From the NCBI GenBank assembly GCA_964633905.1, contig CAZWIT010000003.1:67193-131192 (forward strand): DNA of 64,000 bases, in the 5' to 3' direction. The stretch is from an uncultured Gammaproteobacteria bacterium. Lineage in GTDB: Bacteria > Patescibacteriota > Patescibacteriia > UBA1558 > GWA2-36-10. The notes beneath the pieces are model-generated. The model searched no databases. It saw nothing but the letters and a program-made list of their open reading frames with translations, and was not told the DNA's origin. Below, piece by piece: positions 1 through 8,918 of this stretch (the first letter of the stretch is position 1; the number at the start of each line of letters is the position of its first letter). The translations under genes were made by a program, and so were the position numbers.

Positions 1-1
1 A

Positions 2-505
2 GTTTTAAATCAGACTGAGCTTGATAAATTTTTAAGATCACTAGAGAATAAAACTAGCCTACTTCAACAACGTGACCGTTTATTAATAGAAATTTTATAC
101 TATAGCGGCTTAAAAGTCAGTCATATTATTCAATTAAAGTTAAAAGATATCGATAGTGTCAAGAAAGAATTAAAAACAGCCACAAACACTATTAATATTG
201 ATCCAATTGTGTGGTCACATTTACAACAATATTTAATATTTAGACACGATACTAATCCTTATCTATTTATCAATCACGACCGCAGCCAAAAATCAGACAA
301 AGAGTATTTATCTGTTCGGTCAGTGGAGCGTATTATTGATAAATATGCTAAACAGTTAAAACCACCTTTAATTATTAGCCCCCAAATCTTACGACACACT
401 CTCGCTTGGCAAATAAAACACAATGGTGGTCAGGCTAAGGACTTACAAAAAAATTTAAATTTAAGTAGCCAAGCGGCCACTAAAAAATATTGGCAAACGC
501 TCTAA
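2..505 (+). CDS. Tyrosine site-specific recombinase (XerC/XerD / phage-integrase family), 5'-partial at window edge
   Basis: Frame is open from position 2 into track ORF 209..505. Motifs LLIEILYYSGLKVSH (Arg box I), ILRHT (HxxR) and the C-terminal SSQAATKKY region (catalytic Tyr) are typical of Xer-like recombinases. Confidence 0.75.
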   Translation, partial: VLNQTELDKFLRSLENKTSLLQQRDRLLIEILYYSGLKVSHIIQLKLKDIDSVKKELKTATNTINIDPIVWSHLQQYLIFRHDTNPYLFINHDRSQKSDKEYLSVRSVERIIDKYAKQLKPPLIISPQILRHTLAWQIKHNGGQAKDLQKNLNLSSQAATKKYWQTL

Positions 506-517
506 AAAATGGTAAAT

Positions 518-545
518 AAAAAATCCCCTCAATGGGGATTTTTTA
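518..545. terminator. Bidirectional intrinsic terminator hairpin AAATCCCC-tcaa-TGGGGATTTTTT between convergent genes
   Basis: Perfect 8-bp GC-containing stem flanked by an A-run and a T-run, directly after the stop of 209..505 and of 549..968. Confidence 0.6.
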
Positions 546-548
546 AAA

Positions 549-968
549 TTATTGTTTTAAATCACCAATATAGAACTCTGGTAATTTTTCTTTAGACTGC
601 TTCATGTGTTTGGTGTTAAAAAATTCGGTCATATCTTTACCACAACCATTCAAAATTTTCTCACCTCCTGGATGACTGGCAATAAAGCTAGTCACATTAT
701 AAACTTTATTACTAGCTACTAGCCAGCAATCACTAGCATTATTATGCACCGCTACTTCAGCTAAAGTGTATTGAGCGGCTACGCCTTCGACCGGTACCTG
801 CTCATTAGTGTTTTGATCATTAGCCATACTATTTGTATTTTGATTAATTAACTGTTCGTTACTATTTACCTGCTCATTAACAAGTGGCTGACTAGTATTA
901 GGTTTAGTACAGGCTGTTAACAAAAAACCTAAAGATAGGAAACTGATAAGAAAAAATATTTTTTTCAT
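549..968 (-). CDS. Lipoprotein with cytochrome b5-like heme/steroid-binding domain
   Basis: Lipobox signal (FLLTAC), then AEVAVHNNASDCWLVASNKVYNVTSFIASHPGG...GKDMTEFFNTKH, matching the cyt b5 HPGG fold. Paralogous to the N-terminus of 14908..16215. Confidence 0.65.
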   Translation of the reverse strand: MKKIFFLISFLSLGFLLTACTKPNTSQPLVNEQVNSNEQLINQNTNSMANDQNTNEQVPVEGVAAQYTLAEVAVHNNASDCWLVASNKVYNVTSFIASHPGGEKILNGCGKDMTEFFNTKHMKQSKEKLPEFYIGDLKQ

Positions 969-1255
969 AAAAAATAATAATTAATTATAAACAAGTAATA
1001 CCGAATATTACTTAGTTGAATTAGTATAGCAAAATTCAAAATCTCTGTCTATAATCCCCTAATAGTTAAGCCTTATAAAGATATAAATGAGTAGCAAAAA
1101 AGCCTTTAAAAGCTCACTTTTATTGACAAATAATACAATTAATGCTAATTTTATTATTAATAATAATTAAAAGTTGTTTAAAAGATCAAATATTATTAGA
1201 TTATAAAATATCAAGCAATATTTTATTCTAAAAACAACGTAAGAAGTCCAACAAG

Positions 1256-1432
1256 ATGTATCAAGATAAGAATTCGGGCCCAAGTCAAAAATTCCAAGGC
1301 AATTGGCAATGTTCTGACTGTGGCACTGCTATCACTGAACTGCCTTTTGAACCAGAAGGTGATCGCCCAATTCGCTGCCGTGACTGCCACCGCAAATGGG
1401 TGCAAAATCGGCCAAGGCGTCCAAGATTTTAA
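1256..1432 (+). CDS. Small zinc-ribbon protein (CxxC-x17-CxxC), 58 aa, not in the ORF track
   Basis: ATG at 1256, TAA at 1430-1432. Translation MYQDKNSGPSQKFQGNWQCSDCGTAITELPFEPEGDRPIRCRDCHRKWVQNRPRRPRF carries the W-C-x2-CG...PF-P...RP-x-C-x2-C pattern of stand-alone zinc-ribbon proteins. A terminator hairpin follows. Track ORF 1223..1405(-) is its antisense shadow. Confidence 0.55.
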   Translation: MYQDKNSGPSQKFQGNWQCSDCGTAITELPFEPEGDRPIRCRDCHRKWVQNRPRRPRF

Positions 1433-1446
1433 AAAAAAATAAAAAA

Positions 1447-1478
1447 CTACCCAACATTCAAAAGGGTAGTTTTTTATT
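1447..1478. terminator. Intrinsic terminator ACTACCC-aacattcaaaa-GGGTAGTTTTTTATTT
   Basis: 7-bp stem plus T-run directly after the stop of the 1256..1432 ORF. It abuts the stop of the convergent patatin gene. Confidence 0.55.
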
Positions 1479-2257
1479 TATCTCAATTTGGATAATATTT
1501 CTAAAATTTGTTTGGAGGCCGCCAATTCACCTTGTTTAATAATAGTTTGAAAATTCTTAGTCCTTTCCAAAAGCTTACGCTGATGTAGGTTTGGCTCAAT
1601 TAAAACTAAATTATCCTTAGGTATAAAAGCTAATTTTAAATAAGTAATCTCTGTTTGCATCATTTTTAATGAAGAGGCTAACACATCTACTAATTTTAAA
1701 TTATTTTTGGCACCCATTTTCTCAAAAGGAGAAGCATTAACTACTAAAAAATGCGTGGTATCGCTAGGCAAAATAGAATGCGGCACCTGATTTAAAATAC
1801 CACCATCAACAAAATGGTCTTTTCTTATTTTAGCTGGCACAAAAATACCTGGCACCGCAACACTAGCTCGAATAGCTGTTAAAATATCACCCTTACTAAA
1901 AATAACTTCCTTGCCTTGGGATAAATTAGTAGCATTAATAAACAATGGAATTTTTAATTGCCGAAAATTTTTCACTACTAGCCAAGCTGATAAAATTTTT
2001 TCTAAACTTTTACTATTACTTAAGCCTAAACTAGAAACTGATAAATTAAAAAGTTTATAGGTCTTTTGACTTAAAATAAAATCTTCAATTTCCTGCCCAC
2101 TTTTACCAGCTGCGTAACAAGCCCCTATGATGGCACCAATACTACAGCCCGCAATATAATCAATTTTAATATCTAATTGATCTAATACTTTTAAAACGCC
2201 AACGTGTGACAATCCTCTAGTGCCACCGCCAGATAAAACTAAGGCTACTTTTTTCAT
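1478..2257 (-). CDS. Patatin-like phospholipase (RssA-like)
   Basis: SGGGTRG oxyanion hole, GCSIG (GxSxG) nucleophile elbow, downstream DGG (FVDGGILNQVP). Confidence 0.8.
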   Translation of the reverse strand: MKKVALVLSGGGTRGLSHVGVLKVLDQLDIKIDYIAGCSIGAIIGACYAAGKSGQEIEDFILSQKTYKLFNLSVSSLGLSNSKSLEKILSAWLVVKNFRQLKIPLFINATNLSQGKEVIFSKGDILTAIRASVAVPGIFVPAKIRKDHFVDGGILNQVPHSILPSDTTHFLVVNASPFEKMGAKNNLKLVDVLASSLKMMQTEITYLKLAFIPKDNLVLIEPNLHQRKLLERTKNFQTIIKQGELAASKQILEILSKLR

Positions 2258-2375
2258 AATTTGAAATTTAAAATATATTACCTCACAACAAAACCATTAT
2301 AACATTTATTTTAAAAAACTAAATAGCCTCTCATTTTTTACATAAAATCACTATAATTTATCAAAAAAAATAAAA

Positions 2376-3044
2376 TTACTGCCTTTGTTTTTGTTCTTGG
2401 CGATAAACAATATAAGAATAAATAAGCGTGCCAAAAATAACAGCAAAAGTGCCAATCATAAATACAATAGTGCCTAAAGTTTTTGATAAATTAGGAGAGA
2501 TAATAATACAGACACCATATAAAATAAAAGCCCAACCACCAACACGATGAGTTTTATTCCAAACATTTTCAGAAGACAGAGTCCAAGGTGTCCTAATACC
2601 CATAAACCAATTGCGCTTTATTTTACCTAAATAATTACCAAGAACAATCATCAATAAACCGATTAACCAAGGCACCCAAAATTCAATTCGTACAGGGTAA
2701 CCAATATTATATAAACCAGAGATTAAATAAATTATAAAAAATAAAGTTATTAATATATTTTTAAATACCTGAAAAACTTTAGCAAATTCAGAGTAACGTT
2801 CTTTTCTAGGGTCGATTAATGGTAACAATAAAAATAACAAATACATACCTGGTATCATGGCCATGGTACCGAAAGCTGCTCCAGCTCGACTTGACCAGCC
2901 ATTAGGCTCACCCCTAAAGCCCCAGTGGGTCACTGCTCTTTCGGGAAAATGAGCATAAAAATAAAAACTTAAAATTAGTCCTGCTATAATTAGCAGAATA
3001 GACCAAATTTCGCTTTTCCAAGTTAATTTAATTGCCGATTTCAT
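2376..3044 (-). CDS. SdpI/YhfL-family membrane protein (DUF1648 + SdpI immunity-type domain)
   Basis: HWGFRGEPNGWSSR (DUF1648 motif) and NWFMGIRTPWTLSSENVWNKTHRVGGW (SdpI signature), multiple TM helices. Immediately downstream of an ArsR-type regulator, as in sdpRI. Confidence 0.7.
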   Translation of the reverse strand: MKSAIKLTWKSEIWSILLIIAGLILSFYFYAHFPERAVTHWGFRGEPNGWSSRAGAAFGTMAMIPGMYLLFLLLPLIDPRKERYSEFAKVFQVFKNILITLFFIIYLISGLYNIGYPVRIEFWVPWLIGLLMIVLGNYLGKIKRNWFMGIRTPWTLSSENVWNKTHRVGGWAFILYGVCIIISPNLSKTLGTIVFMIGTFAVIFGTLIYSYIVYRQEQKQRQ

Positions 3045-3052
3045 AAATTTAT

Positions 3053-3337
3053 TTACTTATTAATTTTATATTTTTTAACTGCCAAAAATTTGGCTATTTT
3101 TTCTGCTACTTCTTCTAAAATACTAAAATTTAAAGAATAAATTATCTGCTGACCCTGACGGCGACTAGAAATTAAGTCTGCCCTTTTTAAGATATCTAAA
3201 TGATGGGATAAAGTCGCTAGCGTAATATCTAAGCTTTTAGCAATCTCGCTTACTGGCAATTCACTCTGCTTTAATAAATCTAATATTTTCTGGCGATTTG
3301 GCTCAGATAAAGCCGCAAAAGTATTAGTTAGTGACAT
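3053..3337 (-). CDS. ArsR/SmtB-family transcriptional regulator (SdpR-like)
   Basis: ALSEPNRQKILDLL...LPVSEIAKSLDITLATLSHHLDILKRADLI is a winged HTH of the ArsR family. Its stop lies 9 bp upstream of the SdpI-like gene start. Confidence 0.75.
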   Translation of the reverse strand: MSLTNTFAALSEPNRQKILDLLKQSELPVSEIAKSLDITLATLSHHLDILKRADLISSRRQGQQIIYSLNFSILEEVAEKIAKFLAVKKYKINK

Positions 3338-3406
3338 AAGGTTTAATTAGATATTTAGATATATGTCTAATTATATCGCAAAAATAAAAAGCTGTCAAGA
3401 TATTCC

Positions 3407-4030
3407 TTATTTACGATGGGTCAATTTATGAATAAAATAATCCAAAGCTAAAACTACAAACATTATTAAAAAGACTGCTGCCCAAGCCAGCCACAATCTA
3501 TCCTCTACTAGCGCTTGCCAAGTTCCTTGGTAATCCGATACCAATGGTAACAAAATAAAAACAATGGTAAAAACTAGAATAACTCTAATCATTAATTTAT
3601 AACGATCCTTTTGCCATTCTTTAGTACCACTGATAAGCTCTAGTGGCTTTGGAGCATCTAACAAATTCTTAAATTGTTTTATTTGATCATCTACTTGATA
3701 ATTATTACTCTTTAAATCTTCCAAAAATACCCTAACGTCTTTTTGCCAAAATAATATAAACAATGGATCACAATTTTTAAAATCAAAACCCCTTATGTCA
3801 TTATATAATTTCACCCTAGTAAGGTAATGCATAACTTTACTAAAAAAGCTAAATGGCAAAACTAAGGAGTAATCCTCTGGTTTTATACCTAAAACTATAC
3901 GCCAGGGAAGACTATTGTTATTATGCTGAAAGTTAAAAAATACATAATCAATTTTTTTATCTTGTGGAATAACTAAAGAGAATAAAAAATATTTAAAAAT
4001 TATATTATCCCTGCTAACAATTGTTTTCAT
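3407..4030 (-). CDS. Hypothetical membrane protein (two C-terminal TM helices)
   Basis: Long ORF with C-terminal hydrophobic helices. No recognisable motif. Confidence 0.5.
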   Translation of the reverse strand: MKTIVSRDNIIFKYFLFSLVIPQDKKIDYVFFNFQHNNNSLPWRIVLGIKPEDYSLVLPFSFFSKVMHYLTRVKLYNDIRGFDFKNCDPLFILFWQKDVRVFLEDLKSNNYQVDDQIKQFKNLLDAPKPLELISGTKEWQKDRYKLMIRVILVFTIVFILLPLVSDYQGTWQALVEDRLWLAWAAVFLIMFVVLALDYFIHKLTHRK

Positions 4031-4061
4031 AAAATTTATTTTTGAATTAAAATACTAAATT

Positions 4062-4523
4062 CTAATAGTGATATTCTTTATTTTGATTAATAGTAGCAGC
4101 TCGATAAATTTGTTCAAGTAGTACTACTCTGGCCATTTCATGTGGCATAGTTAGTTGTGATAAAGAAATACTTTTAGTATATTTGAGTTTAATCTCCTCT
4201 GCCCAGCCCAAAGCACCGCCAATCACCAAAACTAACTCTGGCTTAGCTTTAATAAAATTAGCAAAGCCAAGAGAATCAAATTCTTGACCACGCTCTGCTA
4301 ACAAATAAACATTTTGTTTATCATATTTAGCCAAAATATTTAACAATCTTTCATTTTCCTTAATGCGAGCTGATTGTTTATTATGAGCGCGAAAAGATTC
4401 AGCTTGTACTTCTACTAGATCTAAAACGGCATAAGGCTTTAGTCTTTTTTGGTATTCCTTAATAGCTTCTTGCCAAAATTTTTCTTTGATTTTACCAACA
4501 GTAATAATGGTGATTTTAAACAT
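4062..4523 (-). CDS. rlmH: 23S rRNA (pseudouridine1915-N3)-methyltransferase RlmH (SPOUT)
   Basis: Full-length similarity to RlmH: MFKITIITVGK...LVLVIGGALGW...LSLSQLTMPHEMARVVLLEQIYRA. Confidence 0.8.
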   Translation of the reverse strand: MFKITIITVGKIKEKFWQEAIKEYQKRLKPYAVLDLVEVQAESFRAHNKQSARIKENERLLNILAKYDKQNVYLLAERGQEFDSLGFANFIKAKPELVLVIGGALGWAEEIKLKYTKSISLSQLTMPHEMARVVLLEQIYRAATINQNKEYHY

Positions 4524-4575
4524 AATATTTAAGTAAAAATCATCCAGCTCTTCGTGAAAGACTGGATGATTTTAA

Positions 4576-5811
4576 TTATTGATAATATTCTTTTATTTGA
4601 TTAATTACTTCTTTTAAACTAAGTTCTTGTTTTTTATGATCCTGACGATGCACTAATTCTAAAGTTTCTTTTCTATCATTATGGATTAACTGTAAACAAA
4701 TACCGATTAGATCTGTATCCTTTAATTTTTTACCAGCCGAAATATCACGATCATCATACAGAACATCAATATTATTTTTAACTAATTCATCATAAATTTT
4801 ATCTGCCTTTTTAGTATCCTTACCTAAATCAAGCAAATGCACCTGATAAGGGCTAGTGTTCTTAGTCCAGATAATACCATTATCATCATGATTAGCCTCT
4901 ACAATGGTGCCCATAGCTCTACCCAAACCAATACCATAACAACCCATAATCACATTTTTTTGCTTACCATCAGCATCGGTAAATTTCAAGCCCATCTTAG
5001 CAGAATATTCAGTACCTAAATTAAATATGTTACCAGCTTCAACGGTTTTTTCTGCCTGCAAAATATGACCACACTTAGGACATTTGTCTCCAGCTTTTAC
5101 TTTGGCAATTTCTGTGTTTTGTGCCCAGCCACATTTAGTACATAAAATAGTTAAATCTTCACCAGCCGGATTAATGACCATAAACTCATGTGAAAATTTT
5201 TCACTAATAGCTCCACCTGAGGCCTCTACTGAAAAAGCTTCTAAACCTAAACGCTTAAAAATCCTAATATAAGCGTCATGAGCCTTTTGATAATACTCGT
5301 CTAAATCAGCTTCATTAGTATGAAAACTATATAAATCTTTCATGACAAATTCACGACCGCGCAATAAGCCAGATTTAGCTCTTTTTTCATCACGAAATTT
5401 AGTCTGAATCTGATAAAGAGCCAAGGGCAAGTCTTTATAAGATACAATATGTTTTTTGACAATGTCAGTAACTACTTCTTCATGGGTTGTACCTAGGCCA
5501 ATTTCACTACCATGGTGATCTTTAAATTGATACATGATAGATTCAACACTAGCCCAACGACCAGTCTGTTGCCACAATTCTTTAGATTGCAAAACTGGCA
5601 TCAAAATTTCTTGACCACCAATAGCATTAATTTCTTCTCTAATAATATTTTCAATCTTACGAAAAGTCCTAAGGCCTAAAGGCAAATAATTATAAACTCC
5701 GGCCATTTGTTTTTCAACAAAGCCAGCCCGAGTAAGTAAATCGGCATTAATACTCTTTTCATCTTGACTAATGTCTTTTCTGGTTTTACCAAATAATCTA
5801 GATTGTCTCAT
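4576..5811 (-). CDS. proS: Prolyl-tRNA synthetase, short form lacking editing domain, with inserted CxxC...CxxC zinc ribbon
   Basis: Class II motif 2 (FRDEKRAKSGLLRGREFVMKDLYSF), motif 3 region, C-terminal anticodon-binding domain. Insertion CTKCGW...CPKCGH. Confidence 0.8.
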   Translation of the reverse strand: MRQSRLFGKTRKDISQDEKSINADLLTRAGFVEKQMAGVYNYLPLGLRTFRKIENIIREEINAIGGQEILMPVLQSKELWQQTGRWASVESIMYQFKDHHGSEIGLGTTHEEVVTDIVKKHIVSYKDLPLALYQIQTKFRDEKRAKSGLLRGREFVMKDLYSFHTNEADLDEYYQKAHDAYIRIFKRLGLEAFSVEASGGAISEKFSHEFMVINPAGEDLTILCTKCGWAQNTEIAKVKAGDKCPKCGHILQAEKTVEAGNIFNLGTEYSAKMGLKFTDADGKQKNVIMGCYGIGLGRAMGTIVEANHDDNGIIWTKNTSPYQVHLLDLGKDTKKADKIYDELVKNNIDVLYDDRDISAGKKLKDTDLIGICLQLIHNDRKETLELVHRQDHKKQELSLKEVINQIKEYYQ

Positions 5812-5866
5812 AAATTTTAATAAATTATATAAGCAGTATAACGAAAAAGCTAATGTCTGGCAATGT

Positions 5867-6178
5867 TTATTTTAAAATCACTAAAACAATAAATAATAAG
5901 GCTGAGGCAACAAATAAAATACTTAATTTATAAAATATTAATTTTATTGCTTCTACTTTCTGCCCCTCTAAATACCAAAGAATTGATCGACCAAAAATAG
6001 TCACGCCCATAAAAGCTACCGAAAAAACTAAAAGCAACAGCATCAATATTGGCATCACGATATTATCTTCTTTGCCAAAAAAACGATTACCATTGCTTAA
6101 TAATAAGACTATAGCAATAACATAGGCTACTGCTAGTCCAGTCTCTAATAAACTGTGCTTAATAATTTTGTTAGACAT
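5867..6178 (-). CDS. Small membrane protein (3 TM), hypothetical
   Basis: Hydrophobic 103-aa ORF. Confidence 0.45.
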   Translation of the reverse strand: MSNKIIKHSLLETGLAVAYVIAIVLLLSNGNRFFGKEDNIVMPILMLLLLVFSVAFMGVTIFGRSILWYLEGQKVEAIKLIFYKLSILFVASALLFIVLVILK

Positions 6179-6188
6179 AAAATTATAA

Positions 6189-6890
6189 TTAATTATTTTT
6201 TAATAAACTCATAGGATCTAACCAGTCCTGTAATTGCTCTATTTCCTCCACATAGCCACGGATATTAATCTCTGAGCCTAAATGGATAGATAAATGTAAA
6301 TGCTTTCTTTCGCCATCAGTCTCTGTACTAAAACCCTTACCTAATAAGGCAATTATTTGACCAGCTTTAATATTATCACCAATTGCTAAATTTACGCTAG
6401 CTAAACTAAGATGCCCATAAACAACTGTAGCGGCCCGTCCATTGAGCTGACAACTTTGCACAAGCACTCCGCCGTAGCCACTAGCTTGTCTTTTTAGTAA
6501 TAGCTTACCATCACAAATTGCCTTAATCGCGATTTCGCTACTTGCTTCAGCTAGCAAAACTTCAAAATCTACGCCAGTGTGATAACCGGAAAATTTTTCT
6601 GGCATAACTGGTGAATCTTGAGGCGATATTTTAATACCAAAAGGTTTTTTTGTTATTCGCTCTAAAGCATTATCAATGGGCAAACTAATCACTTGTTTTA
6701 ACTCTGATTGAGTGGTACTTGCGCTAACATTAATAGCCTCACTATTTACTATTTGGTTTACAAAATTATCTGTGGGTAAAACAGGAGCAATAACTTTTTT
6801 ACTAAAAAATAAATAAGTAGCCAAAAAAACTAAGCAAATAAAAATAATTATCCAATATTTTTTACGCATATATCTATTAATTAAATACAC
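6189..6890 (-). CDS. M23-family metallopeptidase with N-terminal membrane anchor
   Basis: GYHTGVDFEV...(H)LHLSIHLG zinc-binding motifs (HxxxD / HxH) of LytM/M23 peptidases. Confidence 0.75.
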   Translation of the reverse strand: MYLINRYMRKKYWIIIFICLVFLATYLFFSKKVIAPVLPTDNFVNQIVNSEAINVSASTTQSELKQVISLPIDNALERITKKPFGIKISPQDSPVMPEKFSGYHTGVDFEVLLAEASSEIAIKAICDGKLLLKRQASGYGGVLVQSCQLNGRAATVVYGHLSLASVNLAIGDNIKAGQIIALLGKGFSTETDGERKHLHLSIHLGSEINIRGYVEEIEQLQDWLDPMSLLKNN

Positions 6891-7018
6891 CTTAGAAATT
6901 ACTTTTTAAGTATAACAAAAAATCACCTAACAGGCGATTTTATAGTTAATAACAAAAACACTCCGGAGACAGAGTGTTTTTGAGGGGTGAACTATGAAAA
7001 ATTTTATATTTTTACCAA

Positions 7019-7453
7019 TTAGTTATTGCTTGGAGCTTCGGCTTTAGGTCCCATGCCTTGACCCATGCCTCTACCACCCATATGACCCATTGGTCCAAAC
7101 ATACCTAATTCATCAAATATAGCTTTGGCCTCATCTCTCTTGCCATCTTGCATTAACTGATGAGCTTGCGTTAACTTATTGAAAGTATCCTGGTTAATTT
7201 TAGCTTCCAAATCTGTGGCTTGCTGGCGCATCTCACTAACTCTAGTAGTCATAGCCTGTTGCCAAGCGCTATAATCGTTGTTAGTAATAGATTGTTGGAC
7301 TGCTTCTACTTGTTGACGCTTAGCGTCGTTATCACCACTATTTATACCCGCTCCCATACCTCTACCGCCAAAAGCAAAAGTAGTGGCACTAACTGCAGCT
7401 GTGGTCAAAATCAGACCTAAAACTGCTACTAGTAAATATTGTTTTTTGTTCAT
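7019..7453 (-). CDS. Periplasmic Spy/CpxP/ZraP-family protein with Gly/Met-rich tail
   Basis: Signal peptide, helical LTQAHQLMQ/ATDLEAKINQ segments, C-terminal GPMGHMGGRGMGQGMGP repeats as in ZraP. Confidence 0.5.
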   Translation of the reverse strand: MNKKQYLLVAVLGLILTTAAVSATTFAFGGRGMGAGINSGDNDAKRQQVEAVQQSITNNDYSAWQQAMTTRVSEMRQQATDLEAKINQDTFNKLTQAHQLMQDGKRDEAKAIFDELGMFGPMGHMGGRGMGQGMGPKAEAPSNN

Positions 7454-7543
7454 AAATTATTTGCTTAATAATTAATTGGAATTGGCCTAACTCCTTCTAC
7501 ACTAAGTAATACGCTGACTTATAAAAAATTATTTCAAAATAAA

Positions 7544-8251
7544 CTAGGGTTGTAAAAACATGGGTCGGGACTTAGGCATACCCTGTGGCTTTAACCATGG
7601 CTGGATACTTTCGCAAATAAAGTCATCTTCACTCATCTGACCAATCAAAATTACCCGTTGACCAATATGAAATTGATCAGTGCTAGTATTAATTTGCCAC
7701 AACTGCCCTCGAAAATCTTCGACTGTAATAAAATCATCCTCTACCGACATGATCATGCCGGCTAAGTGACCTCTGTCAGGTTCTACAAACATACGACCAC
7801 CTTGTCTAAATACTTGTCGATAAAAAGGCACACGCCTAAAAAAAACATCTTCTAATTTTTCACCTAAGCCAGCTAAATAAATACCTAACCCTAAAATAAT
7901 ACTAACAACTACTGAAAGTAATACTATCAAAAAAGGATGATATTTATAGCCGCGTTTAGTACTTTTAAAATCATACCAAGCCAAAATAGAAAATAAGGCA
8001 AGGCTTACTAACCAAAATAAAGGCAAATCAATTAATAATCTTTTTAAGGGATGAAAATTAGGAACATTACTTGCCCAAGCAGCGTGTTTAAACATAAAAA
8101 TAGTAACCGAACTAGCTAAGCTTCCTAAAATAATAGCTAAGCTAAAAAATACCCACCGTACATAATCCTTAAACAAAAACTCCCAACGCTTTTTAGGTTG
8201 AATGCCTTGTTCTTTTATTTTATCTAAAATTTCTTGGCCAGTATTATTCAT
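7544..8251 (-). CDS. Membrane protein, putative anti-sigma factor partner of upstream ECF sigma
   Basis: Starts 4 bp after the sigma-factor stop. Four TM helices plus a C-terminal soluble domain. Confidence 0.45.
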   Translation of the reverse strand: MNNTGQEILDKIKEQGIQPKKRWEFLFKDYVRWVFFSLAIILGSLASSVTIFMFKHAAWASNVPNFHPLKRLLIDLPLFWLVSLALFSILAWYDFKSTKRGYKYHPFLIVLLSVVVSIILGLGIYLAGLGEKLEDVFFRRVPFYRQVFRQGGRMFVEPDRGHLAGMIMSVEDDFITVEDFRGQLWQINTSTDQFHIGQRVILIGQMSEDDFICESIQPWLKPQGMPKSRPMFLQP

Positions 8252-8255
8252 ATAT

Positions 8256-8825
8256 TTACTTTTTTAACTCTTTTTCCAAAGCTTTTTTACCACGTCTTAA
8301 TAAAGTGCCAACCGTGCTTAATGGTTTTTTAATAATATCAGAAATTTCTTCATAACTTTTATCTTCTAAATACTTTAAGATTATTACTTCCTGATATTTA
8401 AGGTCAATATTTTTTAAAGCTTTAATAATTTTTTCCCTCAAAATACTTTGATCAATATTTTGATTAATATCAAAATCGCTAGTCAGCTCTTCACATGACT
8501 CTAAATCTAATTCAAATAAAGATAATTGGGGACGACTTTTATTTTTACGATAATTACTAATAACCTGATTATGAACTATCCGATATGCCCAGGAAGAAAA
8601 TTTTAAATGCTGGTCAAAGTCATTAAGATTTTGATAAATTTTGATAAAAGATTCCTGTAATAAATCCTGAGCATCATCATTATCTAAGCCGGAAATTCTT
8701 TGAATAAAACGTAATAATTTTTTTTCATAACGATTAACCAAATACAAAAAATTCTCTTGATCAGACAAGGCAAGTTGTACTAACTCTAAATCACTTTTAT
8801 CATCTAAAGTCTGATTCACCACCAT
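8256..8825 (-). CDS. ECF-type RNA polymerase sigma-70 factor
   Basis: Region 2 (FIKIYQNLNDFD...FSSWAYRIVHNQVISNYRK) and region 4 HTH (YEEISDIIKKPLSTVGTLLRRGKKAL). Confidence 0.8.
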   Translation of the reverse strand: MVVNQTLDDKSDLELVQLALSDQENFLYLVNRYEKKLLRFIQRISGLDNDDAQDLLQESFIKIYQNLNDFDQHLKFSSWAYRIVHNQVISNYRKNKSRPQLSLFELDLESCEELTSDFDINQNIDQSILREKIIKALKNIDLKYQEVIILKYLEDKSYEEISDIIKKPLSTVGTLLRRGKKALEKELKK

Positions 8826-8918
8826 ATGTTTTAATACGCAGATATTAACGACTTTATTTCATCTTAACAAAAAATACCCCTAAAGCAAATGGGGTATCAA
8901 CTAAAATAAAAACTGGCG

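Noticed and set aside
1223-1405. Track ORF 1223..1405 (-), 60 aa
   Set aside because: Antisense shadow of the plus-strand zinc-ribbon peptide 1256..1432. Hydrophobic nonsense translation without SD.
4837-5272. Track ORFs 4837..5019 (+) and 5084..5272 (+)
   Set aside because: Lie entirely inside proS on the opposite strand. No SD. Low-complexity translations.
7220-7420. Track ORFs 7220..7420 (+), 10753..10938 (+), 13664..13852 (+), 19511..19729 (+), 22663..22848 (+), 24938..25144 (+), 26304..26498 (-), 28806..29078 (+), 30595..30789 (+), 32225..32437 (+), 36274..36481 (both strands), 37217..37681 (-), 39020..39235 (-), 44250..44435 (+), 47264..47452 (+), 49864..50100 (-), 52533..52868 (-), 53185..53409 (-), 53488..53730 (-), 54216..54764 (-), 57533..57748 (-), 58742..58930 (-), 60679..60885 (-)
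   Set aside because: All are embedded within or antisense to larger well-supported genes. None has an SD. Their compositions are consistent with chance ORFs in AT-rich DNA.
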